Below, piece after piece: positions 46,002 to 55,161 of a stretch of 64,000 nucleotides of DNA. Position numbers and translations under genes: made by a program. Location: sequence record OP752703.1. One strand, written 5' to 3'. The notes under the pieces were generated by a model. That model was not told the origin of the DNA and did not search any database. It saw only the letters and a list, made by a program, of their open reading frames with translations. How positions within the stretch are numbered: the stretch's first letter is position 1; every line of letters begins with the position of its first letter.

Positions 46002-48302
46002 ATGAATGATTATCTAGTTCTATCAGCTTATGGTTCTCATAATGCTGCCATATCAATGTTCTATAAAGGCGAGTATACTGTTGTTGAAGTCGAGCGCTGG
46101 ATTAACCAGAAAAACTCAGGGCTTACCAGTTACCTTCCCGCCACCAATCCCCAACTTGTATTTGATGAAATCACTGAATGGCTTCTAGCTAAGGCTGGAC
46201 GCAAGACTGTAGACGTGTATATTCCCGGCTACATCAACTCTCAGGTAACTCCTAAGTTCAAATATAACAAAATCGAATATATCGATCATCACGTAGCTCA
46301 TGCCGCTGCGGCTTTCTATCAGTCCCCATTCGACAAGTCTCTAGTCATTTCTATTGACGGTGGTGGTGATGGTAGCTATTTCAATTTCTATGAAGCTACC
46401 CGTCATGGAGGAATTCATCTATTGGATCGTCTACCTAACGATCTAGGATTCCCTTACATGTTCCTAGCTGAATTCCTAGCTGATATCAAGAAAGACATTC
46501 TAACAATCGGTAACCTAGTTTATGCTGGTAAGCTAATGGGTCTATGTTCATACGGCAATGTCCGTGATGAATGGCTTCCGCATTTCAAAGAATTCTATTT
46601 AAAGTACAAATACAGTGGTGAAGCATATCAGGGTGGTCTTGAAATGTCTCACGCCAACGTCATGGCCTTGATGAAAGCTATTGGACTTGATGAAGATTTC
46701 GATTACAGTACAACTCGTTTTGAAGGTCAAGTAGCATGGGATATTGCTGCTACAACTCAAAGGGCTTTTGAAGAAGTATTCTTAGAGTTGGCAGCGCCTT
46801 ATCTAGAAAAATATAAAGACTGGCCTCTATCCATTTCTGGCGGCTGTGGTCTAAACGTTCTAATGAATGCACGTCTTCTAGAGATTCGCGGTGGTAATGT
46901 ATTCGTTCCACCGAATACTAGTGACTGTGGTATCTCGGTTGGTGCTATTCTAGCCCATATCAATCCTACTGAGAGAGTAGACCTAACGTATTCGGGACTA
47001 CCAATTCTAGATGATATGCTTCTATCGTCCTACGTACAGGACAAGTACAAGTATACGGTATATGAAGACGTAACTGTTGAGGAATTGGCGGAGTTCGTCG
47101 CTCAGAACAACATTGTTGGATTGATTCAGGGTAACTCTGAGCATGGTTCTCGCGCTCTAGGCAACCGCTCTATCATCTGTAACCCATCGGGTAACATGAA
47201 GGACGTTCTTAACAAGAAGGTTAAGGACCGTGAATGGTATCGTCCTTTCGCTCCGATTACAAGACTACAGGATGCTAACAAGTATTTCCATTTCGATTAC
47301 AATGTCGAATCCCGTCACATGACTTTCGTTGCCAACGTTCGTGATGAATGGAAGGAAGTTTTACCGGCCATTACTCACAACGATGGAACCGCACGTCTAC
47401 AGACTGTAACTCTGGAACAGAATCCACTTATCTATAATTTGATTACTGAATTCGAAAAGCACACTGGTCATGGCGTAATCCTTAACACTTCTTTCAACGT
47501 AAATGGTAAGCCGATTCTAAGCCGTCTATCTGATGCCTTTGATATTCTAGACAACACCCAGCTTGATGCAATTTACTATAAGGGTAACTTGATCTTCAAG
47601 AAGGAAAATGATAGAAAGTTCTCTCGTTCTCCTATCTTCGTAGACAAGGCTGAACGCTCAGGTATCGCTATCCATGCTTTCGCTATGCCTAAGACTGACG
47701 TAGCACGTGTTCGCGTTGAAGAGAACCTAGAAATTCTAGCAGATTTTGAGAATGTGAGCATCATCACCGATGCCAAGGGTCTAACCGACTTCCCTCAAAA
47801 GAACTTCCATTTCTATGAAGTTGAACCGCGCCACGTTTACATGAGTCACTATCACGGTAAGAAGGAAGTTCGTGATGCTCTAGATCAGATTCGCCTTCTA
47901 TGGTCGAAGGAGATTTTGATTGAAGATCGTTACCTATGCTCGCACTCAGTGTACGTAGACCTTTCACTGTTCGATCCTGCTACTTTCCGTAAGGAATTGA
48001 ATAACCTTCTAGTTATGTCAAAGAATGATGACCATCTAATCGTATCAGGTATTAATGGAATTAAGAATCCGGTATTCGATGAAGAATGGCAGAAGGAACA
48101 CTTGCACACTGTTCACGTAGGTCCACATCCTACCACTAAGTTCTACGGTGGTAAGAATGAACACATTGAGAAATTGAGTAATCAGTGGGAAGCCATGTAT
48201 ATGTGGTACAACCAAAATGGCAAGACAAGTGACAATGAATGTTACTACCTAATCCCGGCTCTATTGGGAAGTCAGACTAAATTTAAGATTATTGAGGAAT
48301 AA
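46002..48302 (+). CDS. O-carbamoyltransferase (NodU/CmcH/TobZ family) with a C-terminal HtrL-like extension
   Basis: HHVAHAAAAFYQSPF, IDGGGD, GKLMGLCSYG, SGGCGLNV, RALGNRSI, KDREWYRPFAP, HNDGTARLQTV, LNTSFN. Confidence 0.92.
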   Translation: MNDYLVLSAYGSHNAAISMFYKGEYTVVEVERWINQKNSGLTSYLPATNPQLVFDEITEWLLAKAGRKTVDVYIPGYINSQVTPKFKYNKIEYIDHHVAHAAAAFYQSPFDKSLVISIDGGGDGSYFNFYEATRHGGIHLLDRLPNDLGFPYMFLAEFLADIKKDILTIGNLVYAGKLMGLCSYGNVRDEWLPHFKEFYLKYKYSGEAYQGGLEMSHANVMALMKAIGLDEDFDYSTTRFEGQVAWDIAATTQRAFEEVFLELAAPYLEKYKDWPLSISGGCGLNVLMNARLLEIRGGNVFVPPNTSDCGISVGAILAHINPTERVDLTYSGLPILDDMLLSSYVQDKYKYTVYEDVTVEELAEFVAQNNIVGLIQGNSEHGSRALGNRSIICNPSGNMKDVLNKKVKDREWYRPFAPITRLQDANKYFHFDYNVESRHMTFVANVRDEWKEVLPAITHNDGTARLQTVTLEQNPLIYNLITEFEKHTGHGVILNTSFNVNGKPILSRLSDAFDILDNTQLDAIYYKGNLIFKKENDRKFSRSPIFVDKAERSGIAIHAFAMPKTDVARVRVEENLEILADFENVSIITDAKGLTDFPQKNFHFYEVEPRHVYMSHYHGKKEVRDALDQIRLLWSKEILIEDRYLCSHSVYVDLSLFDPATFRKELNNLLVMSKNDDHLIVSGINGIKNPVFDEEWQKEHLHTVHVGPHPTTKFYGGKNEHIEKLSNQWEAMYMWYNQNGKTSDNECYYLIPALLGSQTKFKIIEE

Positions 48303-48303
48303 A

Positions 48304-49170
48304 ATGAGTACAAAATTTGTCACAGCAATTTACAGCAAAATCCATGGAACCAATTTCAATGGTTCCCCGGATGCAATCTATGAGCGTTATCGTCAGTCTC
48401 TTCGCTCTATTGCGAAGGGTGGATACGATATCATCTGCTACACTTCGGAGCTACACTTCGATGACCTAACAGAGTTCTATAAGGATTTTCCGAATTTAAC
48501 TCTAGTCAAGGAAGAACTATCAGAGTTCTATTACCATGAAGATATTAACCGAATTAAACTATTGAAGCCACAGTATACCAAGGATACGTCATGGTACACT
48601 CGCTGCGTAGAAATTATGTGGGGTAAGATGTATTGGCTATCCCGTCATGCTGGTCTTCTAGAAGAGAACGATCACATTTTCTGGATCGATGCTGGTATCT
48701 TCCATTCCGGTATGTTCACTGATAAGTGGAAGAGTGAAAAGAGTGACAACTTCTTTGACTTCGACCGCATCACTCAGGAACGCGACCTATATGCAGACCT
48801 TGCAAAGCATGCTGGCGAGAAGTTCCTAAACATTAAGTCAAAGCAGCCTAATCACGGCAGTGATGATTACATGGAAGTTGTAGGTCATGACTTCGGTCGC
48901 CCACAGTACGGAATCATCGGTGGTATTTTCGGCGGTCGTCGTGACGTAGTTCTGGATTATGTTTCAGAAATTATCCCGATGATGCAGAAGGCTATTGACA
49001 AAGACATTCTGTTGAAGGAAGAAGAATTGATGCATTATATGCACGAAAGTAACCCGGAACGATTCTCTACTTTCACTTTCGGTACATGGTATCATGAAGA
49101 GTGGGATGCTGCCTATCGCCGTGGCGAAACAGTCAGTTTCTCGGATTACTTCGAGTTTTTACGTAACTAA
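48304..49170 (+). CDS. HtrL/WlaTC-family putative glycosyltransferase
   Basis: KFVTAIY, GKMYWL, FWIDAGI, GGIFGG, KEEELM. Confidence 0.75.
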   Translation: MSTKFVTAIYSKIHGTNFNGSPDAIYERYRQSLRSIAKGGYDIICYTSELHFDDLTEFYKDFPNLTLVKEELSEFYYHEDINRIKLLKPQYTKDTSWYTRCVEIMWGKMYWLSRHAGLLEENDHIFWIDAGIFHSGMFTDKWKSEKSDNFFDFDRITQERDLYADLAKHAGEKFLNIKSKQPNHGSDDYMEVVGHDFGRPQYGIIGGIFGGRRDVVLDYVSEIIPMMQKAIDKDILLKEEELMHYMHESNPERFSTFTFGTWYHEEWDAAYRRGETVSFSDYFEFLRN

Positions 49171-49173
49171 ATA
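49167..49173 (+). promoter_or_regulatory. Late-type box CTAAATA
   Basis: Upstream of GGAG RBS and ATG 49197. Confidence 0.55.
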
Positions 49174-49196
49174 TCCTGAAATTGAGTGGAGTTTAA

Positions 49197-50834
49197 ATGT
49201 CTAATCTAACAATCGTAACTGGCCTTTGGGATATTAAAAGAGGCGATCTAAATGGTTTCGGTCGAAGCTTCCAGCATTATCTGGATTGCTTCGCCCGACT
49301 ACTAACTGTCGATTATCCAATGGTCATTTACGTGCCAAGTGATCTAGTAGATTTCGTGTGGCAACATCGTAGTAACCAGAATACAAGAATCATCGTCAAA
49401 GAGCTAGCTGATCTAAAGCAGGGCATGGGGGACTTTGATAAGCATATTCAAGATATCCGTCAGCGTCCAGAATGGCGTGGTCGTGCGGGATGGATTCCAG
49501 ATTCCCCACAGTCACAACTAGAGTATTACAATCTAATCACTATGCAGAAGCAGTTCTTCTTGAACGATGCTACCCTGTATAACTTCTTTGACAGTAAGCA
49601 TTTCCTATGGGTTGATGCTGGTATTTCAAATACTATTGGTGATCCGAAAGAATGGTTCAACGAGACTTTCTCGGCCAAGGCTGCTCAGGATATGAACAAG
49701 ATGCTTTACCTAGGTTTCCCATATGACGGTGAAGTAGAAGTTCATGGCTTTGAAAAGAATGCAATGAATCGTCTAGCTGGTAAGAAAACTGAATACGTCT
49801 GTCGTGGTGGTATTTTCGGTGGACCGAAGCATATTATTAACGATATCAATGACAAGTATTACGGCCTTCTAAGCGAAACTCTTCCGGTAGGTCTAATGGG
49901 TACAGAGGAATCACTATTCACGATTCTATCATACCGTTACCCTGAGAAGTGCAACGTTCAGATGATTGATAGTAATGGTCTTGTTGTCACTTACCTAAAT
50001 CGTGTAAGAGAGCGTGATATCGTAGAGTACGAAGAAGAGCTAGCTCTTTATGTTCTAACTTATAACTTCCCCGAGCAGTTCAAGATGTGGGCTGAATCAA
50101 TGGAAGCCGCCCATCCTAAGACTTTCAAGGAAGCTAAGAAGTATGTAATCAATAACTCTACCGACAAGAAAGTCACCAAAGCATACAAGGCCCTGTTCAA
50201 GAAGTACGGTTTCGTTGAACATAAGTTCGATAATATCGGCATCAATGACGGTCGTCGTTTCGCATCGGATCACTTCCTACAGTCTAACCACAAGTACATG
50301 GTATTCTTTGAAGATGATATGCTACTACAGCCACCGGGTGCAGGTCTATGTAAGAATGGCTTCGGTACATACTACAACGATCTATTCACCAAGGCAATCG
50401 AGATTATCGATGCAGAGAATCTAGATTACTTGAAACTATCTCATTCAGAATTCTATGGAGATAATCATAAGAATTGGGCTTGGGAAAATGTTCCTAAGAA
50501 TCGTCGTGACACTGAATTCTTCCCTGAGCGTGAACACGTAACTGATCCTTCAAAGGTTACTGTATTCTATACAGGTTCTCATAAGGGTCTTCCTTATGCA
50601 GTTGGTGAATATCACTTCTGTAACTGGCCGATCATCTTCACCAAGAAGGGTTCTCATATGGTGTTTGATGAAGTTCGTTATGAACATCTGTACGAACAGA
50701 CACTAATGAGTCAAGCATTCATGCACATGCGTGATGGAAAATTGAGAGTAGGAAGTCTACTAGCTACTACGATCAACCACAATAGAATCCACCACTATCC
50801 ACGTGAAGAGCGAAAAGAAAACAAATACGGTTAA
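49197..50834 (+). CDS. HtrL/WlaTC-family glycosyltransferase fused to a second GT-A (GT2-like) domain
   Basis: TIVTGLWDIKR, MVIYV, KQFFL, LWVDAGI, GGIFGG, GTEESLFTIL; C-part LYVLTYNFPEQ, NIGINDGR, VFFEDDM. Confidence 0.8.
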   Translation: MSNLTIVTGLWDIKRGDLNGFGRSFQHYLDCFARLLTVDYPMVIYVPSDLVDFVWQHRSNQNTRIIVKELADLKQGMGDFDKHIQDIRQRPEWRGRAGWIPDSPQSQLEYYNLITMQKQFFLNDATLYNFFDSKHFLWVDAGISNTIGDPKEWFNETFSAKAAQDMNKMLYLGFPYDGEVEVHGFEKNAMNRLAGKKTEYVCRGGIFGGPKHIINDINDKYYGLLSETLPVGLMGTEESLFTILSYRYPEKCNVQMIDSNGLVVTYLNRVRERDIVEYEEELALYVLTYNFPEQFKMWAESMEAAHPKTFKEAKKYVINNSTDKKVTKAYKALFKKYGFVEHKFDNIGINDGRRFASDHFLQSNHKYMVFFEDDMLLQPPGAGLCKNGFGTYYNDLFTKAIEIIDAENLDYLKLSHSEFYGDNHKNWAWENVPKNRRDTEFFPEREHVTDPSKVTVFYTGSHKGLPYAVGEYHFCNWPIIFTKKGSHMVFDEVRYEHLYEQTLMSQAFMHMRDGKLRVGSLLATTINHNRIHHYPREERKENKYG

Positions 50835-50837
50835 AAA

Positions 50838-50864
50838 GAAAGCCCGCTTACGCGGGCTTTTCTT
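50838..50864. terminator. Bidirectional intrinsic terminator
   Basis: GAAAGCCCGC-TTAC-GCGGGCTTTTC between convergent genes. Confidence 0.85.
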
Positions 50865-52060
50865 TATCTGTTGATCTGGACTTGACTGTCCGTGGTTTGT
50901 GCTACCGAGATTGTTAGAATGTATTCAATCTCTAGAGAGCGGTGTGAACTCTTGTGAATCGGGTCGAAAATCAAGTGAGTCAGTAGACGTTCACGTTCAT
51001 TTTCAGGATTTGCTGGGTCATTTGATACACCCGCGTTCTGTCCGTCAGCCTTGTATTCATTTACTGTATTACAGTTACCGTCATTAATCGCTGAGAAAAA
51101 GTTGGTAGCTGCGGATGCACAGTTTAGTGTTACAGTTGACGATGTACCTACAGTCTTGCTCTCAAAAATTAGGTGACCGTATGACTGCTTACCGATGATA
51201 GTAGGATAGGTGCCACCACTGCGGTCGGTAATGTAAACTAGTACGTAATCCTTAATCTGGTCACCAGACTGTACCCATGCTCCGGTGTTGATACCTTCAC
51301 AAACGTCACCGTAGGTAATCTCGCCAGCAGGGCCAGTACCGCCAGCAGGCGTTAGGATAGTAGCTGCTAGAGTATTACCGTCAACGTCCAATGATAGCGT
51401 GTATGTACGGTTTGGTAGTAATACGGTTGCACTTTCAGAGGTAGCATTACCGGTGCGTAGTGACGAATAGCCGTGTGACTGAGTAGCCGGTGCGCCGTAG
51501 CTGTATAGACCAAGTTCATCGAATAGGAAGCAGCGATCATCTGGATCGGGAATTACGGCTGGACCGTAAATCGTATCAGACTGACCGGCAGGTTCAGAGT
51601 TATTCAAATAGCACTTGACGATTACGTTGGTCTTTGAGCCAACTTCCTGTGAAGTTACGCCAGTTCCGACTGGATCATTTTCCTTATCACTACCACCACC
51701 CGGACGAATATTACCCGGTTCGGCTGAACCCGGATCAGTTCCCTTATAGGGACTTAGATCGTCTACTACTTCCGAATAGGTTTCGTGGTATAGTCGGGAT
51801 TCGGTGCTTCCGTCACGACCGTCATTCGGCGGATTATACACCAAATTACCAGCAGCGTCACGGAAAGTACCACCGTTACCAAAAGCCATACGGTAGATGA
51901 AATAGTTTGGTTCATGGGCTAGGCCGCGTCCTAGAACGCGGGCCATGTTAGCACGATGTACTGCGTTCGACTTATCGACCAGTACCTTCTTCGTATCACC
52001 GTCACGGATCAATACGCGAGTAGAGATTGTAACGGGGACATTAATGTTGATTTCGGACAT
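50864..52060 (-). CDS. Probable baseplate/tail structural protein
   Basis: Late box at 52085-52091; KSNAVH..MAFGNGGT and LLTHLIFDPIHKS..IEYILTI bracket an internal domain; cotranscribed direction with the giant gene. Confidence 0.55.
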   Translation of the reverse strand: MSEININVPVTISTRVLIRDGDTKKVLVDKSNAVHRANMARVLGRGLAHEPNYFIYRMAFGNGGTFRDAAGNLVYNPPNDGRDGSTESRLYHETYSEVVDDLSPYKGTDPGSAEPGNIRPGGGSDKENDPVGTGVTSQEVGSKTNVIVKCYLNNSEPAGQSDTIYGPAVIPDPDDRCFLFDELGLYSYGAPATQSHGYSSLRTGNATSESATVLLPNRTYTLSLDVDGNTLAATILTPAGGTGPAGEITYGDVCEGINTGAWVQSGDQIKDYVLVYITDRSGGTYPTIIGKQSYGHLIFESKTVGTSSTVTLNCASAATNFFSAINDGNCNTVNEYKADGQNAGVSNDPANPENERERLLTHLIFDPIHKSSHRSLEIEYILTISVAQTTDSQVQINR

Positions 52061-52092
52061 TATAAAAACCTTGTTAGTTGATTCTATTTATC

Positions 52093-55000
52093 TTACGTCT
52101 CAGGTCCAGAACCAGAGTCAGAGCATAGGATTAACGTACTCTTTTCGTCAGTATTAACCATTAGACCACGGAATGGGGGAACGTTGTCCAAATTACCACC
52201 AACATAATACCCCTTCAAACTATCACCTAGGTCTGATTCAACCCAACCGGAATCAGTCAATAACCAGACACCAATAGCGTTAGAATTATCGTCGCCAACC
52301 AAGAGCATATCGTAGTTAGTAGTTGATTCAAATTTTATGTAATAATATGGTACTCCGGGTGTTGTGAAGTCTGGTATAGTTACTTCCGTCCACGATATGC
52401 CGTCAGTACTTTCTATTAGAGCATAAGTTTCGGCACCGGTATTACCGTTATACGTAGAATACATAATGAAGTACTTACTTTTTTGATTAGAATATGATAT
52501 CGTCTGCGCATAATATTCAATATCAGGGTCACCGGATGGCATCCAATCATAATCTGACCATGTTGCCATGTTATCTTCACTAACTAAAAGCTTTCCATTA
52601 CTTCCCATTAGAATGATCTTATTAGGGCCAGCAGCTACGTGGCCTGACTTAGTGAATTGGTAGTCGATGAATTGACTTCCATCATCTAGTGTAGCAATAT
52701 TCCAATTTACATAATCAGTTGAATATGCTAGACGATTCTGGTTAGTGAATGTCCAGAGAATACCATTAGTCATACCTGACGGATTTAGGTACACTGAATC
52801 TGACGAGCTTGTCATTTCGTCTACCATTGATTCGGCTAATTGCTGACCTGAGTAGTTGTACGTATACATTTTAACGTTGGAATAATTTGGACCACCTGTA
52901 GAAGATTGCTCGAATACAGAATAGAACAAATAGATTCTATCAGCAGTAGTTACAATAGGTGATGTATTATAACCGTTATAAGGGTCGATTAATAGAGGGT
53001 TTGCCGGGGAGAACCAATCTTTACCCGTTGTACTGAAAATGAAGTTAGGTTCCACATCCGTTCCAGTCTTTCTACCAATGGAAACGAAGTATTCTCCACT
53101 TCCTCTTACAGGCATGTAGAATTCTTCTGGATCATATTCTGGATTATTTACGTCATTACTCTCCCACAAAGTTCCTTGGGCATTTGATGACATTGTAGAA
53201 CTGAATGTAGATTTTCCTAGATTGTTTCTACCCAACGCAATAGTGTCGGTGAATTCAAGATGATTAACATTCAATTGAACATAGTTTGCGTCTTCGGGAA
53301 TTTCTTTCCACTCAAACGCACCTTGGTCCGTAGAGTTAAGCGTCTTCATCGTCCAATCTACTTGGTTGTACGAAGCCACTAGAATCTGTGAAGCCGCATA
53401 GAACTGTGATAATACACAAGCAATGGCCCACTTATGGGAATCATAGCTGATATACATGTTCGAGAATCTGGCATCACGGAAATTACCGCCGATATTTACG
53501 GGGATTCTCTCCCATGTATTCCAGTCTGTACTCTTGAATAGGCCGATTTCAGCATTACCTTGATCGTCATATTCCGTACCGGTAGCGTACAGGATTCCAT
53601 CAATCTTTGTGACCATTCTAGAAGATGCCTGTGAGCGTTCCGTTGGATAGTTAAAGGTTGTGAATGTAATACCTGCGTCCGATGTTTTAGTGATGGGATC
53701 ATTTTTGTTAATAGAATACTGAGGGCCAAAGTACACAGTTCCATCACGGTCAGAACCAAGGGCCTGAGCGCTGATAGGATTGGATAGCAGTTCATCGGAC
53801 ATACCAGCCCATGACGCATCTGATAGTTGTGCCTTAGTCTTTAAAATAGTAGCATTGTCCAACTTAATGAATGCATTTAGTTTATCGGTAGCCAATAGGC
53901 GAACCGATGCATAGGTTAGGTTAGGATTAGGATAATCGTTTACGACAGTCCAAGTAATACCATCAGAGGTCTTCCAGAAAATGTTGGCATAGGAACCAAA
54001 GGTTTTGTAGAATAGTAGCTCACCCTTGTATTCGGCGAATCCAAAACCAATATACGCGCTTCCCGTGAAATCTTCTGGCGTAATAACCTGATTCCATGAA
54101 ATACCATCAGTACTGAAATACATTTGAGCGTCATATGGACCGTTCTGAATGATTACTATAAACTTTCCATCATAGAAGTACGCCTTTTTTAGAGTGTACG
54201 TGAATGAGGTTGAAGTCCACACTTTACCGTCATCAGAATAATACTGATTGCTGTAGCCAAACATTACTCTACGGCCAGTGGTCTGGTTAATCATATAGCC
54301 ACTTGGATACGTATTGGTAGGAATACCCGAGGTAGTTACTGTGGTTTTAGTCCCATCCAAAGCAAACCAATATGCAGTGGTCGTACCAATGTCCCAAATA
54401 ACTAAATCATCGTTATCCTGAGAGTCTTTACTTACCGGAGTAGGATTTTTATTTACACTTTCATGGACAATATCAACCGACAGGAAGTCGGAGGTTTTGT
54501 AGATCGTGTTCTTGGTTGACCAATTAATGGTGTCCTGTTCATCTATGCGGTAGTAATAGAAGTCCCCGTGCTTTCTTAGCCAGTTCACGGAAAGTCCCGT
54601 CACGGAAGTCCATGCAAGGCCATCAGTGGACTTATAAACAGTATTACCATCATAGAAGGTTATTGAGTTGTCGCTGTTGGTGAACAGTGTATTTTCATTT
54701 GACCAATCACTAATCTTAATACTCGGAAGCCTGATAATGATTTTTGGAGCAGTATTCAAGCCATTCATGATAATGAAAACCGGGCTGACGAACGAATCGT
54801 TTGAGAGACGTGCGCTACCAATTAGATTATTACCGCCAGCAAACTCCAACTGCATTACATTGTACGGCAGAGGGTATGATTTGACAGTTGCGAAATCGTC
54901 ATTCGATAGTATGATTAGGTTTTCATTGTTCGGACCTACGCCCGAAGCTACTAGCATACCACCAACCTCGGAAATACTGTTGAGTGTTGCCATGCCGAAA

Positions 55001-55149
55001 GAGTCAGTATTAACTGACTCCCATGTTTTACCATCAACCGAACGTTGCATCTGGAATGAATTATAGTCGTTGGGGTTGCGTCCAGCAACATAAAAATAGT
55101 TGCTGGATTTGTATGCGGCTAGTAGTGCGTTGCCATTAAAAATTGCCAT
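52093..55149 (-). CDS. Multi-propeller Asp-box (BNR) virion protein
   Basis: About 11 S/T-x-D-G-x-x-W boxes (SVDGKTW, STDGLAW, SDDGKVW, STDGISW, TSDGITW and others). Confidence 0.75.
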   Translation of the reverse strand: MAIFNGNALLAAYKSSNYFYVAGRNPNDYNSFQMQRSVDGKTWESVNTDSFGMATLNSISEVGGMLVASGVGPNNENLIILSNDDFATVKSYPLPYNVMQLEFAGGNNLIGSARLSNDSFVSPVFIIMNGLNTAPKIIIRLPSIKISDWSNENTLFTNSDNSITFYDGNTVYKSTDGLAWTSVTGLSVNWLRKHGDFYYYRIDEQDTINWSTKNTIYKTSDFLSVDIVHESVNKNPTPVSKDSQDNDDLVIWDIGTTTAYWFALDGTKTTVTTSGIPTNTYPSGYMINQTTGRRVMFGYSNQYYSDDGKVWTSTSFTYTLKKAYFYDGKFIVIIQNGPYDAQMYFSTDGISWNQVITPEDFTGSAYIGFGFAEYKGELLFYKTFGSYANIFWKTSDGITWTVVNDYPNPNLTYASVRLLATDKLNAFIKLDNATILKTKAQLSDASWAGMSDELLSNPISAQALGSDRDGTVYFGPQYSINKNDPITKTSDAGITFTTFNYPTERSQASSRMVTKIDGILYATGTEYDDQGNAEIGLFKSTDWNTWERIPVNIGGNFRDARFSNMYISYDSHKWAIACVLSQFYAASQILVASYNQVDWTMKTLNSTDQGAFEWKEIPEDANYVQLNVNHLEFTDTIALGRNNLGKSTFSSTMSSNAQGTLWESNDVNNPEYDPEEFYMPVRGSGEYFVSIGRKTGTDVEPNFIFSTTGKDWFSPANPLLIDPYNGYNTSPIVTTADRIYLFYSVFEQSSTGGPNYSNVKMYTYNYSGQQLAESMVDEMTSSSDSVYLNPSGMTNGILWTFTNQNRLAYSTDYVNWNIATLDDGSQFIDYQFTKSGHVAAGPNKIILMGSNGKLLVSEDNMATWSDYDWMPSGDPDIEYYAQTISYSNQKSKYFIMYSTYNGNTGAETYALIESTDGISWTEVTIPDFTTPGVPYYYIKFESTTNYDMLLVGDDNSNAIGVWLLTDSGWVESDLGDSLKGYYVGGNLDNVPPFRGLMVNTDEKSTLILCSDSGSGPET

Positions 55150-55161
55150 TACATTTCCTTA

